24,624 nucleotides of DNA from Ginkgo biloba (Eukaryota > Plantae > Ginkgophyta), in assembly GCA_024626585.2 (NCBI GenBank), contig JANKJI020000002.1, positions 44,635,656 through 44,660,279 of the forward strand, written 5' to 3'. Positions 1 to 11,448 of the stretch are shown one piece after another (position 1 is the first letter of the stretch; every line of letters begins with the position of its first letter). The notes beneath the pieces were generated by a model that worked only from the letters and a program-made list of their open reading frames with translations, ran no database searches and was not told the DNA's origin. Made by a program: the position numbers and the translations under genes.

Positions 1-319
1 GGGATGAGATATAATGGCAATCAAACAAAATGGGAAAAGTAGTGTTGCTTTCAGGGGCATACTTCCAAACCATGCTATCTCTAACCATACAATCTCCATG
101 ATCTTGTTAAATTGTTCGTTGTAGATTAAACTATAGGCTAAGAAGGTCTAGGTTGAGTTGACTCACCTGATGGAGCTAATTAATTTTGGGAAGCTGCTTT
201 TGATACCATCGATCAAATTCCTTGAGAGGAGGGGAGGAGCAAGAGCAAGAGCATAAGTAGAAGTGGAGGTAAAGCCCCAACAATGGGGTAGTAGTAGGCT
301 CTTCTCTCTAGTAGATCTG

Positions 320-620
320 TAGATTAATAGATCCACGAGAGCTTGCTCCATTTGTTGAACTACTCTGCAATCAACGCATACATCAAATGATACTTCTAGA
401 AGGATGTTTGGACCCATAGTCAATAGTTGAGGCAACATGATTTGGACCTTCAATAGGATCCCAAGGATTCGTAGAGCAATATCCTTTAGCTAAGGTAACA
501 TGACTTGGTGCTTCACTTCTTTGAGAGGGACCATGGTCGTGGATGGTAGGAGAGGGACTTCTCTCACTTTTGTGGCTACCACATTACCACCCAGAGTTAC
601 ACAATAGAGGCCTATCACAA
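320..620 (-). repeat. Dispersed repeat, inverted homolog of 7020-7320 (probably retroelement-derived)
   Basis: Minus strand reads LYCVTLGGNVVATKVREVPLLPSTTMVPLKEVKHQVMLP*L versus LCCVTLGGNLVAVEVKKVPHLDAKAVVSIKEVKQRLMLPHL at 7020+. Confidence 0.8.
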
Positions 621-629
621 CAGATCCAT

Positions 630-1942
630 TGTTACAATGTAGGAAAGTCAAGTGAAACTTATCTCGAAAAGTGTGAAAATGACAAGTTGTCTTTAGAGGC
701 TATTGCATGTATTTTGCAGTTATTGGTTAGTGCTCCGAATAAAGTCATATAGAGAGAAAATTTTGAAGANNNNNNNNNNNNNNNNNNNNNNNNNNNNNNN
801 NNNNNNNNNNNNNNNNNNNNNNNNNNNNNNNNNNNNNNCTTTTAGGGGCATAGGGCATTCCCCTAAGTTTTAAGCTCTACCCTTATGTAGTAGATTGTGC
901 CTAGCTTTTGGCATAAATAAGGGCTTGTTTGGGCTTCAACAACCCCTAACACATCATATCATCTCTCTCTGCAAAGGCATTCTCTTTGTGACTCTTATTT
1001 TTAGTGTTTTGGCTAGAAGATCTTAACCATACAAGTTGTTATTTACTGTTGCTNNNNNNNNNNNNNNNNNNNNNNNNNNNNNNNNNNNNNNNNNNNNNNN
1101 NNNNNNNNNNNNNNNNNNNNNNNNNNNNNNNNNNNNNNNNNNNNNNNNNNNNNGTCATAGCGCTCATTTCTTATGTTTTAGTGCATTTATGCTATAGTAA
1201 TGATTTTTATTTGAAGTATGCATGCCTTAATTAAAATTCTGAAGTTATACCTACATGTAATGTAGAAACCCTAGCAACTTTGTCTAGGGTAGTTATGGCT
1301 CCAATTAGAGACCTTTTGGGGGGTTGAAAGCCTTTACCTCAGGCACTTCTTTGTGAGGATTCTTTTTAGCCCTTGCATGCACTGATTAGTGCAATTGATA
1401 GTTGGCTTAATGCCTTTTTAGCCAAATGGATATTTGTGCTTCTTTTCTATCGGTTATGACTATTGGTGTAGCTGTAGGGTTTATGGCTATTGGTGTAATC
1501 ATAAACTGAATGACTATTATTGTAGCCATGCGCATGGTCTATTGGTGCAACCATGTGCTCTTCTACTGGTAGGGTTTTTTTGGAAGTAGGGTCTATTGGG
1601 ATTTCCCTAGAGTTTTCAATTGAAAACCACAAACTATTAGTGAGGGATGGATACTCTACCTAATTAGGGTTTATTCTGATTCCAAAAAGGGCTCTAAATA
1701 ACCTATGCCTGAAATCCTTGAATAAGTAGGGTTGAGGGATGGAATCTAGCGGATCCATAATAGCTGCCAGGAACTAATAACTGCATTTATGCACTAGGCA
1801 CCTTAGATCAAGAAGGCTTTAGTTCATGAAATTTTTTGACTAAGTGGCTTGTAGTGCTTTACATTTTATGTTTTGCGTATCCTTTTGCTTGATGTTTATA
1901 CACTTTGCAAGGTACCAAGGTATATTTACCACCTTCTTCACA
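630..1942 (+). mobile_element. LTR-like repeat (TGTTACA ... TTCTTCACA), gap-interrupted; 1240-1800 homologous to 16660-17100
   Basis: TG...CA-like ends and collinear shared blocks with 16660-17100 (AAACCCTAG..TTGTCTAGGGTAG, AGGCAC.TCTTT.TGA..ATTCTTTT, TATCGGTT..ATTGGTG, ACCTATGCCTG). No convincing target-site duplication, so ends are tentative. Confidence 0.5.
1452..1556. repeat. Imperfect ~27-bp tandem repeat, about 4 copies (core ATGRCTATTGGTGYA)
   Basis: CTATT cores at 1460, 1487, 1514, 1539. Confidence 0.75.
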
Positions 1943-3033
1943 ACCCTAGTTGTTTGAATATATGATCATTACAGAATTTGTTTTCAACCCCAGTACTCGT
2001 ATTTTGAGAAATTCCTCATTGCCCATGAATGTGATGGAGTGACCCTCCCAACCAATCATTAGATAGTATTGGTGGAACTATTTGCTACTCTATATCACAT
2101 CGGATTTGCATTGTGGTACAGCATAGGCATCTTTGCTTTTTTCATAACTGTTATATTCAATATTCAGAATTGGCAACCATGGATGAAGTGTCTTTTGGCT
2201 TTTCTCTTAGTGCAAATGTCAAGATTAGGGTTTCTACTTCTTTTTATCTTAAATTAACATTGTCATGAGCTCCATTGAAATGAGATTTGCTTTGAACCCA
2301 TGTTATAGTAGTTGGAGCGTAACAACAGACTAATTTTTTTAATAGAAAACCCTGTTGATGGTGTTTCCATTTCCCTAATACTATTCACTGAAGGGACCGA
2401 TTAATGGTCACTTGTGGATATTCAATCTAGTAACTATTGCTTTGTGGTTGTTCTAGTTGTTGATTCCTCATATTTTGGATGTTGGTATAGGTTGTTGATA
2501 ATGTCTAAAATTGAAGTGAACTTGATTGGGATTATATTTAGGATGAATTTGTTTGACGCATTAAAAGGGAAACCTTATTTTTGAGTAATTGGAAAGGGAT
2601 GTTGGTTATAGGGTTTATTGTTCATGAAGGGTCCAAACACTAGTGATAATTCATGGCCACCAAACAAAAATCGATAGAGCTTAAGTAATAAAAAACTATG
2701 AAGCACTACATTCCCATTTTATAGATGCTGATGATTATTCAAAATAATATATATAAGCACACTCATATTAAGGAAAATATTACAAGGAATATTAGGGGAG
2801 CCTTTGATCCAATAAGATAGAGAGTTCATCATATACCAAGGATATAAGCCTTATTTCTCTTCAATCTTAGATTTTAGGAGTCTCCAATGTATGCACCCTA
2901 ATGTCCCTCTAATAGATCCAAAAAGATATGGGCATTAAAATTTTATAGTACATAATTTAGTTTCAAGTGATTGGTATGTATTCAATGCTTTAAGAGTTTA
3001 AGGATATTTGAAGAGTAGAGGTAAAATTGATAT

Positions 3034-3084
3034 TTAGTTTATAAGAATTATTGAATCTTAGTTTATAAGAAATATTGAATCTTA
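3034..3084. repeat. 24-bp tandem duplication TTAGTTTATAAGAAWTATTGAATC x2
   Basis: Two adjacent copies with one mismatch. Confidence 0.9.
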
Positions 3085-3901
3085 AAGCCTGACATAATAA
3101 GTAAGGGTCAAAGTATGAAGAATCAATGGAATAGTGAATAAATGATAACTCCTAGGATCAGTCATTCACTTAGGGCTTATAGTTCATGTATTTAGGAAGT
3201 TCTAAAGAGTTCACCCAAGAAATACGAACATGAATCCAAATAAAGTGCAATTAAAAATTTTGGCTCTATGAAAGTTCAAGGAAATAAAAAAATGTACTCA
3301 ATTACTTTTCCTCACTAGGTCCTATTGAATTGAATGAAAAATGAACATTCGATAGATAAAAGATCACATAATTTCACTAAAGTTCATATTTTAAAATTTT
3401 TTGTATCCAAATTTTTGGGGAATGAAGAGAATATTTTGCAAGTAACTTGCATAAGGCCCCCCAGATCCATAAGTAAAAATAAATAAGGGTTAATATAAGT
3501 GGGTTAGTTTTTTAATCTTAGAGTTAATACNNNNNNNNNNNNNNNNNNNNNNNNNNNNNNNNNNNNNNNNNNNNNNNNNNNNNNNNNNNNNNNNNNNNNN
3601 NNNNNNNNNNNNNNNNNNNNNNNNNNNNNNNNNNNNNNNNNNNNNNNNNNNNNNNNNNNNNNNNNNNNNNNNNNNNNNNNNNNNNNNNNNNNNNNNNNNN
3701 NNNNNNNNNNNNNNNNNNNNNNNNNNNNNNNNNNNNNNNNNNNNNNNNNNNNNNNNNNNNNNNNNNNNNNNNNNNNNNNNNNNNNNNNNNNNNNNNNNNN
3801 NNNNNNNNNNNNNNNNNNNNNNNNNNNNNNNNNNNNNNNNNNNNNNNNNNNNNNNNNNNNNNNNNNNNNNNNNNNNNNNNNNNNNNNNNNNNNNNNNNNN
3901 N

Positions 3902-4047
3902 TATTATGGCCCTTTTCAAGTGTAAAACAAAGGTTTAAAGATGGAGCTTATGAACAGAGGGACAAGAAGTCAACCTTCCCAAATCCCGTCTTCGTAATGC
4001 ATAGCTTTGAATAAGGGCAGCGTGGCTATGGTCTATACACAATTAAG
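3902..4047 (+). CDS. MRS2: Candidate 5' exon (3' part) of the MRS2-like gene; contains in-frame TAA at 4012-4014
   Basis: Frame from the gap reads LWPFSSVKQRFKDGAYEQRDKKSTFPNPVFVMHSFE*GQRGYGLYTIK, then donor AAG|GTACGT in phase 0 with the next exon. Alternatively only 4021-4047 (after a CAG) is exonic. Confidence 0.45.
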
Positions 4048-4141
4048 GTACGTGTAGCATATCTTTGATTTAAGGAAGAAGATTTCAACCCAAACTGAGA
4101 AACTGTCTGTACAACTATGATGTTTTGCTGCTTGGGAGCAG

Positions 4142-4163
4142 GTGACAACATTTGATCAACAAG
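4142..4163 (+). CDS. MRS2: Candidate 22-nt exon VTTFDQQ(G), start of the MRS2 N-terminal domain
   Basis: CAG|GTGACAACATTTGATCAACAAG|GTAAAA. Matches the 'V/CTxFDxxG' first strand of MRS2 proteins (human VTKFDKQG, from memory). Confidence 0.65.
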
Positions 4164-4832
4164 GTAAAATATTTGGGATTGTTTGTGAATATTTGGACAG
4201 CCAAATAATCTTGTTGAGTATTAGTCCAGTGTTTGGCCCAAAGGTCAAATTTGTTTTACAATCAGTGTTGGTCAGCACCAGTCAAAAACCAAAATGATCA
4301 ACAGAATAGCTTTACTAATTTTCTTTCCTGCACTTAATATGTGCATGCCTTACAGTTACCACCAACATTTCTCAGCAGGCTGCTAAAATGTGTTTTTAGC
4401 CCTTCACATAGATGCTTCTATGAGAATGCTCTAGGTGACATTTTTTATGTTCTTAAATTGTTTTGATCAAAATTTTATAGTTTATATTTTCTATCTTTCA
4501 TACAAATGCCCTTTTTTCCCCCTATATATTGGTGCCTTGAATGGATTTTTTCTGCACAATACTGCTCTGATAAATTGGTGAATGGTGGATCATGTGAGTA
4601 GCAAATAAAGAAGGGAGAGCATTTGAGTAGCAAACTAAAGAAGTGAATTGAGTAGATGGTCTGATACTTCCCACAGTTACCACGCTTCTGTTTGGTTCCT
4701 GAAAAACAAATGAAGTTTACCTGATCTAGTAGTGTTGCTTGTTTCAGTGTGGACTTTGACAAATGCCATGGTACTTCAAATAAGTGAATAAGAATTAATT
4801 CTTTGAATAACAACATGCTTTTTGGGTTGCAG

Positions 4833-4873
4833 CATGAATCTTGAAAATGAACTTTCTAATACCATTATAATGT
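4833..4873 (+). CDS. Possible exon (MNLENELSNT...) of the MRS2-like gene; frame uncertain
   Basis: Good splice flanks (TTGCAG| ... |GTAAGA) 130 nt upstream of the next acceptor. No diagnostic motif. Confidence 0.3.
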
Positions 4874-5003
4874 GTAAGAGTGATTGAAAATCAAAATAAC
4901 ATTTGTATTGTGGAGTATAAATTATTATTCATATAGAGTCTCTCACATTCTACAAAATGCATTATATTGTTTTGTGCTTCATTGCAAACTGTTTTCCTTG
5001 CAG

Positions 5004-5074
5004 ATATTTGCTACTACAGTAAACTGAAAGCCCTCAGTGAACTCTGCAATGTACTATGTCTGAGATTAATGAAG
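5004..5074 (+). pseudogene. MRS2: Frameshifted exon of the MRS2-like gene (reconstructs to approximately LLPVTESLSELQCTMSEINE)
   Basis: Strong acceptor TTTTCCTTGCAG. Pieces in different frames (LL, LSEL, LQCTMSEINE) fit the helix expected before the 'LLDDDEDM'-like segment only if several 1-2 nt insertions are removed. Donor unclear. Confidence 0.55.
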
Positions 5075-5385
5075 GCACATAAGTCTTTATATGATTGCAG
5101 ATGATTATGATAAAGAACCTTACTAAATACTGCTTGCAGGGTTGCTTAAGAATTACAAAATCAAGTAATTATATACGTAAGCATCATTTATTTANNNNNN
5201 NNNNNNNNNNNNNNNNNNNNNNNNNNNNNNNNNNNNNNNNNNNNNNNNNNNNNNNNNNNNNNNNNNNNNNNNNNNNNNNNNNNNNNNNNNNNNNACAAAA
5301 TTATCTTAAGAACTTAAAGATTGAATCTTATTTGGTATTTTGCATTCTTTAGTCTCACACCTTTTATTTTGATTTGAATTTGTAG

Positions 5386-5456
5386 GTTTTGGGAAGTGAT
5401 GATGCACTGACTGCCCTCTGCCTTGAGCGCTCGGAGAACCCTCCAACATATCCCAG
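5386..5456 (+). CDS. MRS2: Exon VLGSDDALTALCLERSENPPTYP(R)
   Basis: TTTGTAG| ... AG|GTATGA; equivalent of the MRS2 LLxDDxDMxxMYL motif; ends in phase 2. Confidence 0.88.
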
Positions 5457-5759
5457 GTATGACTTCATTGCATACTTCAGACTACTTCTTGATTTTCAGT
5501 GTTTATGTTCAGTTACTAAGCACATGCGAAGTGAGAAGAAAAATTATCAGCTAGTTGTTAGAAACTTGAAATTGTATTTAGCCTTAAGATAATCTTATGA
5601 AAACCTTCTGTTTGAAAGCATGTGTTCCATGATCATAATGATTTAAAGAAATATATCACCATATACTTTTAAGTTGTGAATGCATTTTTTTGCAAAGAGT
5701 AGGTGTCAAACTTTTAGTGACATAAGAAAACTTTTATAAATTTCTTGGAGGGGGGACAG

Positions 5760-5838
5760 GAAAGGATCACAACCCTTTGCAGAGCAAGATAAGCTTCGTC
5801 GAGCAGCTGCAGACATCATATTGACATATCAACGCCAG
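5760..5838 (+). CDS. MRS2: Exon (R)KGSQPFAEQDKLRRAAADIILTYQRQ
   Basis: CAG| ... CAG|GTGAAT; phase 2 to 0; equivalent of the EMLLExYxxQ helix. An in-frame alternative acceptor is possible at 5750/5751. Confidence 0.85.
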
Positions 5839-7019
5839 GTGAATTGCCAAATCTGAACAGTCAAGTAAAGGATATTATTTCTCTTTCTCAGCTGTCATAG
5901 AACTTAAGTAGCAGAGAGTACTGAAGAAATTTGAAGTGACAACTCAAGTTGGAGAATGTTATAAACTGCTAGGACAATTTATAGTTGTTTGTTTTCTTCT
6001 GCAAAATTGTGTATAAAGCAGCCTCACAGTGGCTGAGCCTGCAAGAAACTTTTTCTTATTGGTGTTAAACATAAAGCAGCACTTCAGTATCTCTAGATCT
6101 CTGGATGGGTTGAAAAACAAGGCTACTGGAATTCATGAGGAAATTGATCAACAGAAACAAGAGGAACTAAACCATATACACATCAAAATTAGTGTAAGGC
6201 TGGGGGTCCATTACATGCCATCTCAAATCCTTGGTTGATTTATTCCATTACGTAGACAGACAACATTAACGAATAATGCCCAAAATCAATTTGCACATGC
6301 GCATGTGTTATTACTCAAGGTGTGATGAAAGGATTCAAATGCAAAAAAGCATTAGGACATCAGTCAATAAAAATCTTGGCAAAAGAAGAAAGGCGATACT
6401 GGGCTGTTATAGAATGGAGAACAGAAAGTATTTTCTTAAAACTCCAGTCAATCCTATAGCATTTAATGCCCAACACATGCTCATTTTTGTGATTTACACT
6501 GAGGCTTAACGTGATGGTCGAAGCTTGAGGCTAGCATCAGTCAATCTGAGCTGCAGATGCAACCTACCGTGAGAACTTGCCCACTTGATCTTTACTTAAT
6601 GTTGCTCTGTCTTGATCCTCAGAAACCAATCTCAATTCTCCTCACTAGGAATCACCAAGAAAGACATAGCAGTAATGGCAGATGGGTTCCTGGAACATGA
6701 CCTCAGTGTACTATATTTAAGAAAGAAAGAAATTATATTAATGTCTATGAATGAGAAGCAGTCAATGGGACTGGAGTTACATCATGTGTAAAGTTTGAAA
6801 GGAGTGTGTAAAGCAGCTCCAGTCTACCTAAATGAAAAGTATAAAACGATGAAATACATTAAATCCTAAATGTGAAGCAATTATGCATGACTGTGAGGCT
6901 GGAAGACAGCTGTAGAGCATAGAACCTATCGCCCATACATTGTCTCCATCTACCACTNNNNNNNNNNNNNAAACTGTGCCAAAATGTGTCCTAGAATATT
7001 ATTTAGTGAGAGTTCTGCT

Positions 7020-7320
7020 GCCGTGGACCTATGTTGTGTGACTTTAGGAGGCAATCTGGTGGCCGTAGAAGTGAAGAAAGTACCTCATTTAGATGCCAAA
7101 GCTGTGGTCTCTATAAAAGAAGTGAAGCAGCGGCTAATGCTACCTCATCTAGAGGCTATGGGTCAAGAATCCTCTAGGAAGGCCTAGTCAATGTCTAGGC
7201 CGTGTTACCTCGATTAGGGGCTGTGGGTCTAAAAGTCCTCCAGGAAGGCAACCTGGATATCTGAGTCGATGTTGAGTAGTTCTATGTGTGGAGTAGTGTC
7301 TCATGCATATATGGGTAGCT
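7020..7320 (+). repeat. Dispersed repeat, inverted homolog of 320-620
   Basis: Collinear nucleotide and peptide similarity to the reverse complement of 320-620. Confidence 0.8.
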
Positions 7321-7479
7321 CTATGAAAATTTTGGGGTTGTTTCTAGTCAGCAACTATGGTAATAGGTTGGGAAAATGAAGTAATGTATTTGTCTGTCCT
7401 CTGTCAGCCTCTCAGTTACTGCTTCTTGATGAAAACAGCCAAGCATTGCTGACTTGCATATCTGTGAAAGTTTGAGAGG

Positions 7480-8950
7480 AATATTCTTAACTCCTAATTG
7501 GGCATAAAATATAAAAGTGTTTCCCTATTCCCACCTCTAAGGATCAAAGTCTGCAAATGCACTGATCCCGAAGAGTACCATGATTAATCTCTACTCTAAG
7601 ATGGTGTCAAAAAATTCTAAGCCAGCCAGAGAGAAATCTCAACCCATGGGACCAGTGATGCGTGATGGATTCTGGATGATCAATGACACCATCTAAAATA
7701 TAGAGAAAAAGCTGAGCATAAAAGGCAAGATTGGAGTTAAGAGGCTGGTGAGGAGCAGTCCATGTGACCTGGGTGTATCTCTATTAGATGTCCTATCGAA
7801 TGGCTTCATTAACCTCCTTCCTACAAATGAGGAGATGATAGGGAGCATCCANNNNNNNNNNNNNNNNNNNNNNNNNNNNNNNNNNNNNNNNNNNNNNNNN
7901 NNNNNNNNNNNNNNNNNNNNNNNNNNNNNNNNNNNNNNNNNNNNNNNNNNNGGGGTTCCAAGTGAGCCAATTGGGCTTGGGGTTACTCAATGTTGTGGAT
8001 GGTTTGCTATTGCTTGGACCTATGCTAAAATGGATGGATTTTGAATGTGGTAATTATGTAGAAATTGGATAATTGATTGTAGCGATATTTGTAATCAAAC
8101 ATTACATTTTTCATTTTGTTGGCACTTGGAGGTTGTTTTGGGCTTGTTACATAATTTGGAGGATCAATGACAACATATGAAATATGGAGTAAGTGTTGAG
8201 CATAGCATGCATGTTTTGCACCAAGTCTGATGAGCAGTAATTCATGTGAATTGAGTGTATCTTTGATAGATCTCCTCTTGGATAGCTCCATTAATCTCCT
8301 TCCTAGAAGGGAGGAGATGATAGGGAGCATCCAAGGAAATTACTAAAGATATCCATGGTCTGTAAACGTGTTGAAACCTCCAAATACCAGCCCCGCCTAT
8401 GAGTGGAATGGTCTAGGTATGTGAGTCTCTAGTATGAGCACAAGGCAAGATGTGGGTATCAATCTCTCCCAAATTCTGTATTACCCATGTTACATCTCCT
8501 ATGAAGACAGGATATAAGCCTTGTAGGTAGTCTCAAGATAGAAAGAGCAAGCAACAAATTCAGCCTTGATAATAAATTGAGGAACAATGTGCTTACAATG
8601 GATGATCCTTTGAAGCATGATTGCTTGTATGCTCTAAATGTGTGCCACTCTATGTGTGTAAAGCTCAAACCCCAAATCTTTGACCCATAAAGTCGTGTAG
8701 GTTTAACAATGAAATGAAAAGATTGTGTCTTGGACCCAATATCCTAAAAGTGAAATTGGAAATACTCTCTCTAAGACTGCAAGGGATGCATATCCCTTTC
8801 ATAATCAAGAGTGTGGTGTACATCACAAGTTGAAAAAAGGCCTTGTATTCCTAACACCTAGATAAGAGGTTGTGACCTCCATAGCCTGCCCTCTAAAAGT
8901 AAAGTTGTTGGATAATTTAATGTTCGCCACATGCCACTTGACTATCTAAT
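7480..8950 (-). mobile_element. Heavily decayed Ty3/gypsy pol remnant (protease to RT-start region), intronic
   Basis: Minus-strand DAPYHLLPSRKEINGAIQE and DAPYHLLICRKEVNEAIR resemble the PYRxxxxxKxEIExxIxE start of gypsy RT. Many stops; weak similarity only. Confidence 0.45.
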
Positions 8951-9095
8951 TGTACTTTGAGTTGTACTTTAAATTAAGTCAAGTTAGTTGTCTTGCNNNN
9001 NNNNNNNNNNNNNNNNNNNNNNNNNNNNNNNNNNNNNNNNNNNNNNNNNNNNNNNNNNNNNNNNNNNNNNNNNNNNNNNNNNNNNNNNNNNNNNN

Positions 9096-9707
9096 NTTCA
9101 ATAAATGATGTACGCTATTCAGATTAGAGATGCTCTGAGAGAGGATACGACTGATTACACACTCTATTGATTGATGATTGATGCCGCAATAGCTTTTTCA
9201 TATATAGGCCTTTAGTGCGCTTTTCATAGGGATGACAATTATTCTTGACATTAATGTGACTATTCTATATGTTAACTAACGATTTTGGTAGTTCTGATAA
9301 CATTGCTGTTTAAGTTACACTAATTAATCTTTGTATTGTAGTTTNNNNNNNNNNNNNNNNNNNGTTTGCTGAAATGATTGAACATATGATCACTAACAAT
9401 CCGACACTGATTCTGGCTGTGATCAAGCGCTGTCTTATGTAATTGTGATTGAACACTGTCTTTTGGCTATGATCAAACAGTGTCTTCTGGCTGCGATCGA
9501 TCATTACTGGTGTTGCACTGTGACCAAAGATTGATATCTGAAACGATCGGCCTTTACTTGTTGCAGCCGGATACTGCTATGCTTGCTTTCAGTCTTATCA
9601 AGGTGTCAAAATACCTGCCAGCAGCTTCAGGCAGCTTCAGCTGCTTCAATTTGCCTTGTCCCTACGGCAAAGCAGGATGTACAACTTCCTATTAGCAGAT
9701 TCTAACA
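9096..9707 (-). mobile_element. Probable LTR (solo or partial) containing ~24-bp tandem repeats
   Basis: Minus strand starts TGTTAGAATCT (same 11-mer at 14087 on +); TATA-like CCTATATAT near 9205 on the minus strand; other end lost in the N gap. Confidence 0.45.
9405..9503. repeat. Imperfect ~24-bp tandem repeat, 4 copies (CTGTCTTYTGGCTRYGATCAAACA)
   Basis: Units begin near 9406, 9430, 9456 and 9480. Confidence 0.8.
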
Positions 9708-10766
9708 TATAGTGGAACATGAATGGAATCACAACCTTTGGATCCTCAACAATCTCCATCTGCACCCTCTAATGGCCAAATAAGTCTGGCACACTATCTA
9801 TATTAGTCAGTCGCACATGATGGATGTCTGGAACAAACTTGCACTTGCTCTTTACTCATAATGATTGTGCATTAAATGAGGCCTTATGTGACTATGTATA
9901 GGTGCAAAGGCACTCTTATTGGGTCTACATTCTTCTTGAAGTCACCCTTGGATAAGCCACGCATCAATATATCAGTGCCTAGATTTGCCCAGAGGTGATA
10001 TCTTCCACATGATTAATGTCTTGAAGGTCTATTTCTGCCATGTGTCTCCCTGACAACATACCTGCAAACTGAAAAATATTTGATAAGGCATAACTTCCTC
10101 ATGTAGAGACAAAAGTGGTTCATATGGCGATTTGAATTTATTGGCACGAGATACCNNNNNNNNNNNNNNNNNNNNNNNNNNNNNNNNNNNNNNNNNNNNN
10201 NNNNNNNNNNNNNNNNNNNNNNNNNNNNNNNNNNNNNNNNNNNNNNNNNNNNNNNNNNNNNNNNNNNNNNNNNNNNNNNNNNNNNNNNNNNNNNNNNNNN
10301 NNNNNNNNNNNNNNNNNNNNNNNNNNNNNNNNNNNNNNNNNNNNNNNNNNNNNNNNNNNNNNNNNNNNNNNNNNNNNNNNNNNNNNNNNNNNNNNNNNNN
10401 NNNNNNNNNNNNNNNNNNNNNNNNNNNNNNNNNNNNNNNNNNNNNNNNNNNNNNNNNNNNNNNNNNNNNNNNNNNNNNNNNNNNNNNNNNNNNNNNNNNN
10501 NNNNNNNNNNNNNNNNNNNNNNNNNNNNNNNNATACATTGCTACTAATGCTTTATATGTTCATTTTATAAACATTGGTAATTTGAATTCAGTGGATTTGT
10601 TTTGAATTGTACGTTCCTATAATATTTTTAAAATGTCTGAGTATAGTTTTTCTGTAACTGGACATTTTCAGCCTATGGTATCCACGAATCATCATTTCAG
10701 ACAAATTCGTTGGGGATGACCTTAAGTGATATTTGATCATAACAAATTATATATATGTTCCTTTAG

Positions 10767-10826
10767 GTTGATGACGCTGGAGGCGTGGTTGAAGAGCTGA
10801 GGAAAGGCATTGAATCAGCACAAGAG
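10767..10826 (+). CDS. MRS2: Exon VDDAGGVVEELRKGIESAQE (stalk helix)
   Basis: TTCCTTTAG| ... GAG|GTATGA; 60 nt, phase 0-0. Confidence 0.92.
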
Positions 10827-10965
10827 GTATGAATTTGTGGAGCCACTAATAGATGCTAATAATTGTGTTATGTGTTTTGCATATGTTTTCTTCAAGTCTT
10901 TATACTCTTGTGGGATTGTATGGTTTTATCAATTGTTCTGATTCATTTTTTTTCACAATATTAAG

Positions 10966-11051
10966 GTCTGGGAGCTTACGCTAGACACAACAAGAAATAA
11001 AATAATACGCATGAACCTTTTCATTTCTATGGCAGCATTATCATTCAGCTT
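10966..11051 (+). CDS. MRS2: Exon VWELTLDTTRNKIIRMNLFISMAALSFS(L): LDxxRN and start of TM1
   Basis: TTAAG| ... TT|GTAAGA; conserved LDxxRN motif. Confidence 0.95.
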
Positions 11052-11226
11052 GTAAGAATTATTCAATCCTCATCATTCTGTTCTGTAAANNNNNNNNNNN
11101 NNNNNNNNNNNNNNNNNNNNNNNNNNNNNNNNNNNNNNNNNNNGGGGCAGGTTTTCTTTGTGTGCACTTTGTTGGCAGAATACGATGATTGTTTATTCAT
11201 TTTGTTTCCTCATATTCTCATGGCAG

Positions 11227-11268
11227 AGCTACTGTTCCTGCAAGCTTCTTTGGCATGAACGTTATCAG
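11227..11268 (+). CDS. MRS2: Exon (L)ATVPASFFGMNVI(S): GMN selectivity filter
   Basis: GGCAG| ... AG|GTCTGC; GGC ATG AAC at 11252-11260; phase 2-2. Confidence 0.96.
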
Positions 11269-11448
11269 GTCTGCTTGGATTATTTGGTGCTTGGTAGCAT
11301 TGAAATGATCAATTGGTTTCTTGTGACATTACTTGTATAACTTACATACATATTGAGGTTACATCCAATCTTAATAGTTGTCCTAAAAATTGAATGCTTA
11401 CTTGGAAATGTGGTGTGTCTCTGTGAACTGAAACGATATCAAGTGCAG

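Noticed and set aside
1950-2700. Possible minus-strand gag/protease remnant
   Set aside because: Only vague resemblance (e.g. YRVANSS); no intact motif.
6649-6791. Open frame GITKKDIAVMADGFLEHDLSVL... considered as the missing N-terminal MRS2 exon
   Set aside because: Wrong order relative to other exons, no RDLR motif, only superficial resemblance.
1452-9503. Short periodic repeats (1452-1556, 9405-9503) as CRISPR-like arrays
   Set aside because: Head-to-tail degenerate units with no unique spacers, in a eukaryotic retroelement context.
9900-10060. Minus-strand DILMRGLSKGDF resembling the copia RNase H tail (ADILTK)
   Set aside because: Single short degenerate motif, insufficient to call.
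3524-10605. Long ORFs in the supplied track that span N runs (e.g. 3524-3919, 10029-10538, 10132-10605)
   Set aside because: Artefacts of translating gaps as X.
10672-10677. Possible 6-nt microexon CCTATG (TTTTCAG|...|GTATCC) adding Pro-Met in phase 0
   Set aside because: YQRQ-VDD already aligns with the MRS2 stalk helix without it, and a proline insertion would break the helix. No support without RNA data.
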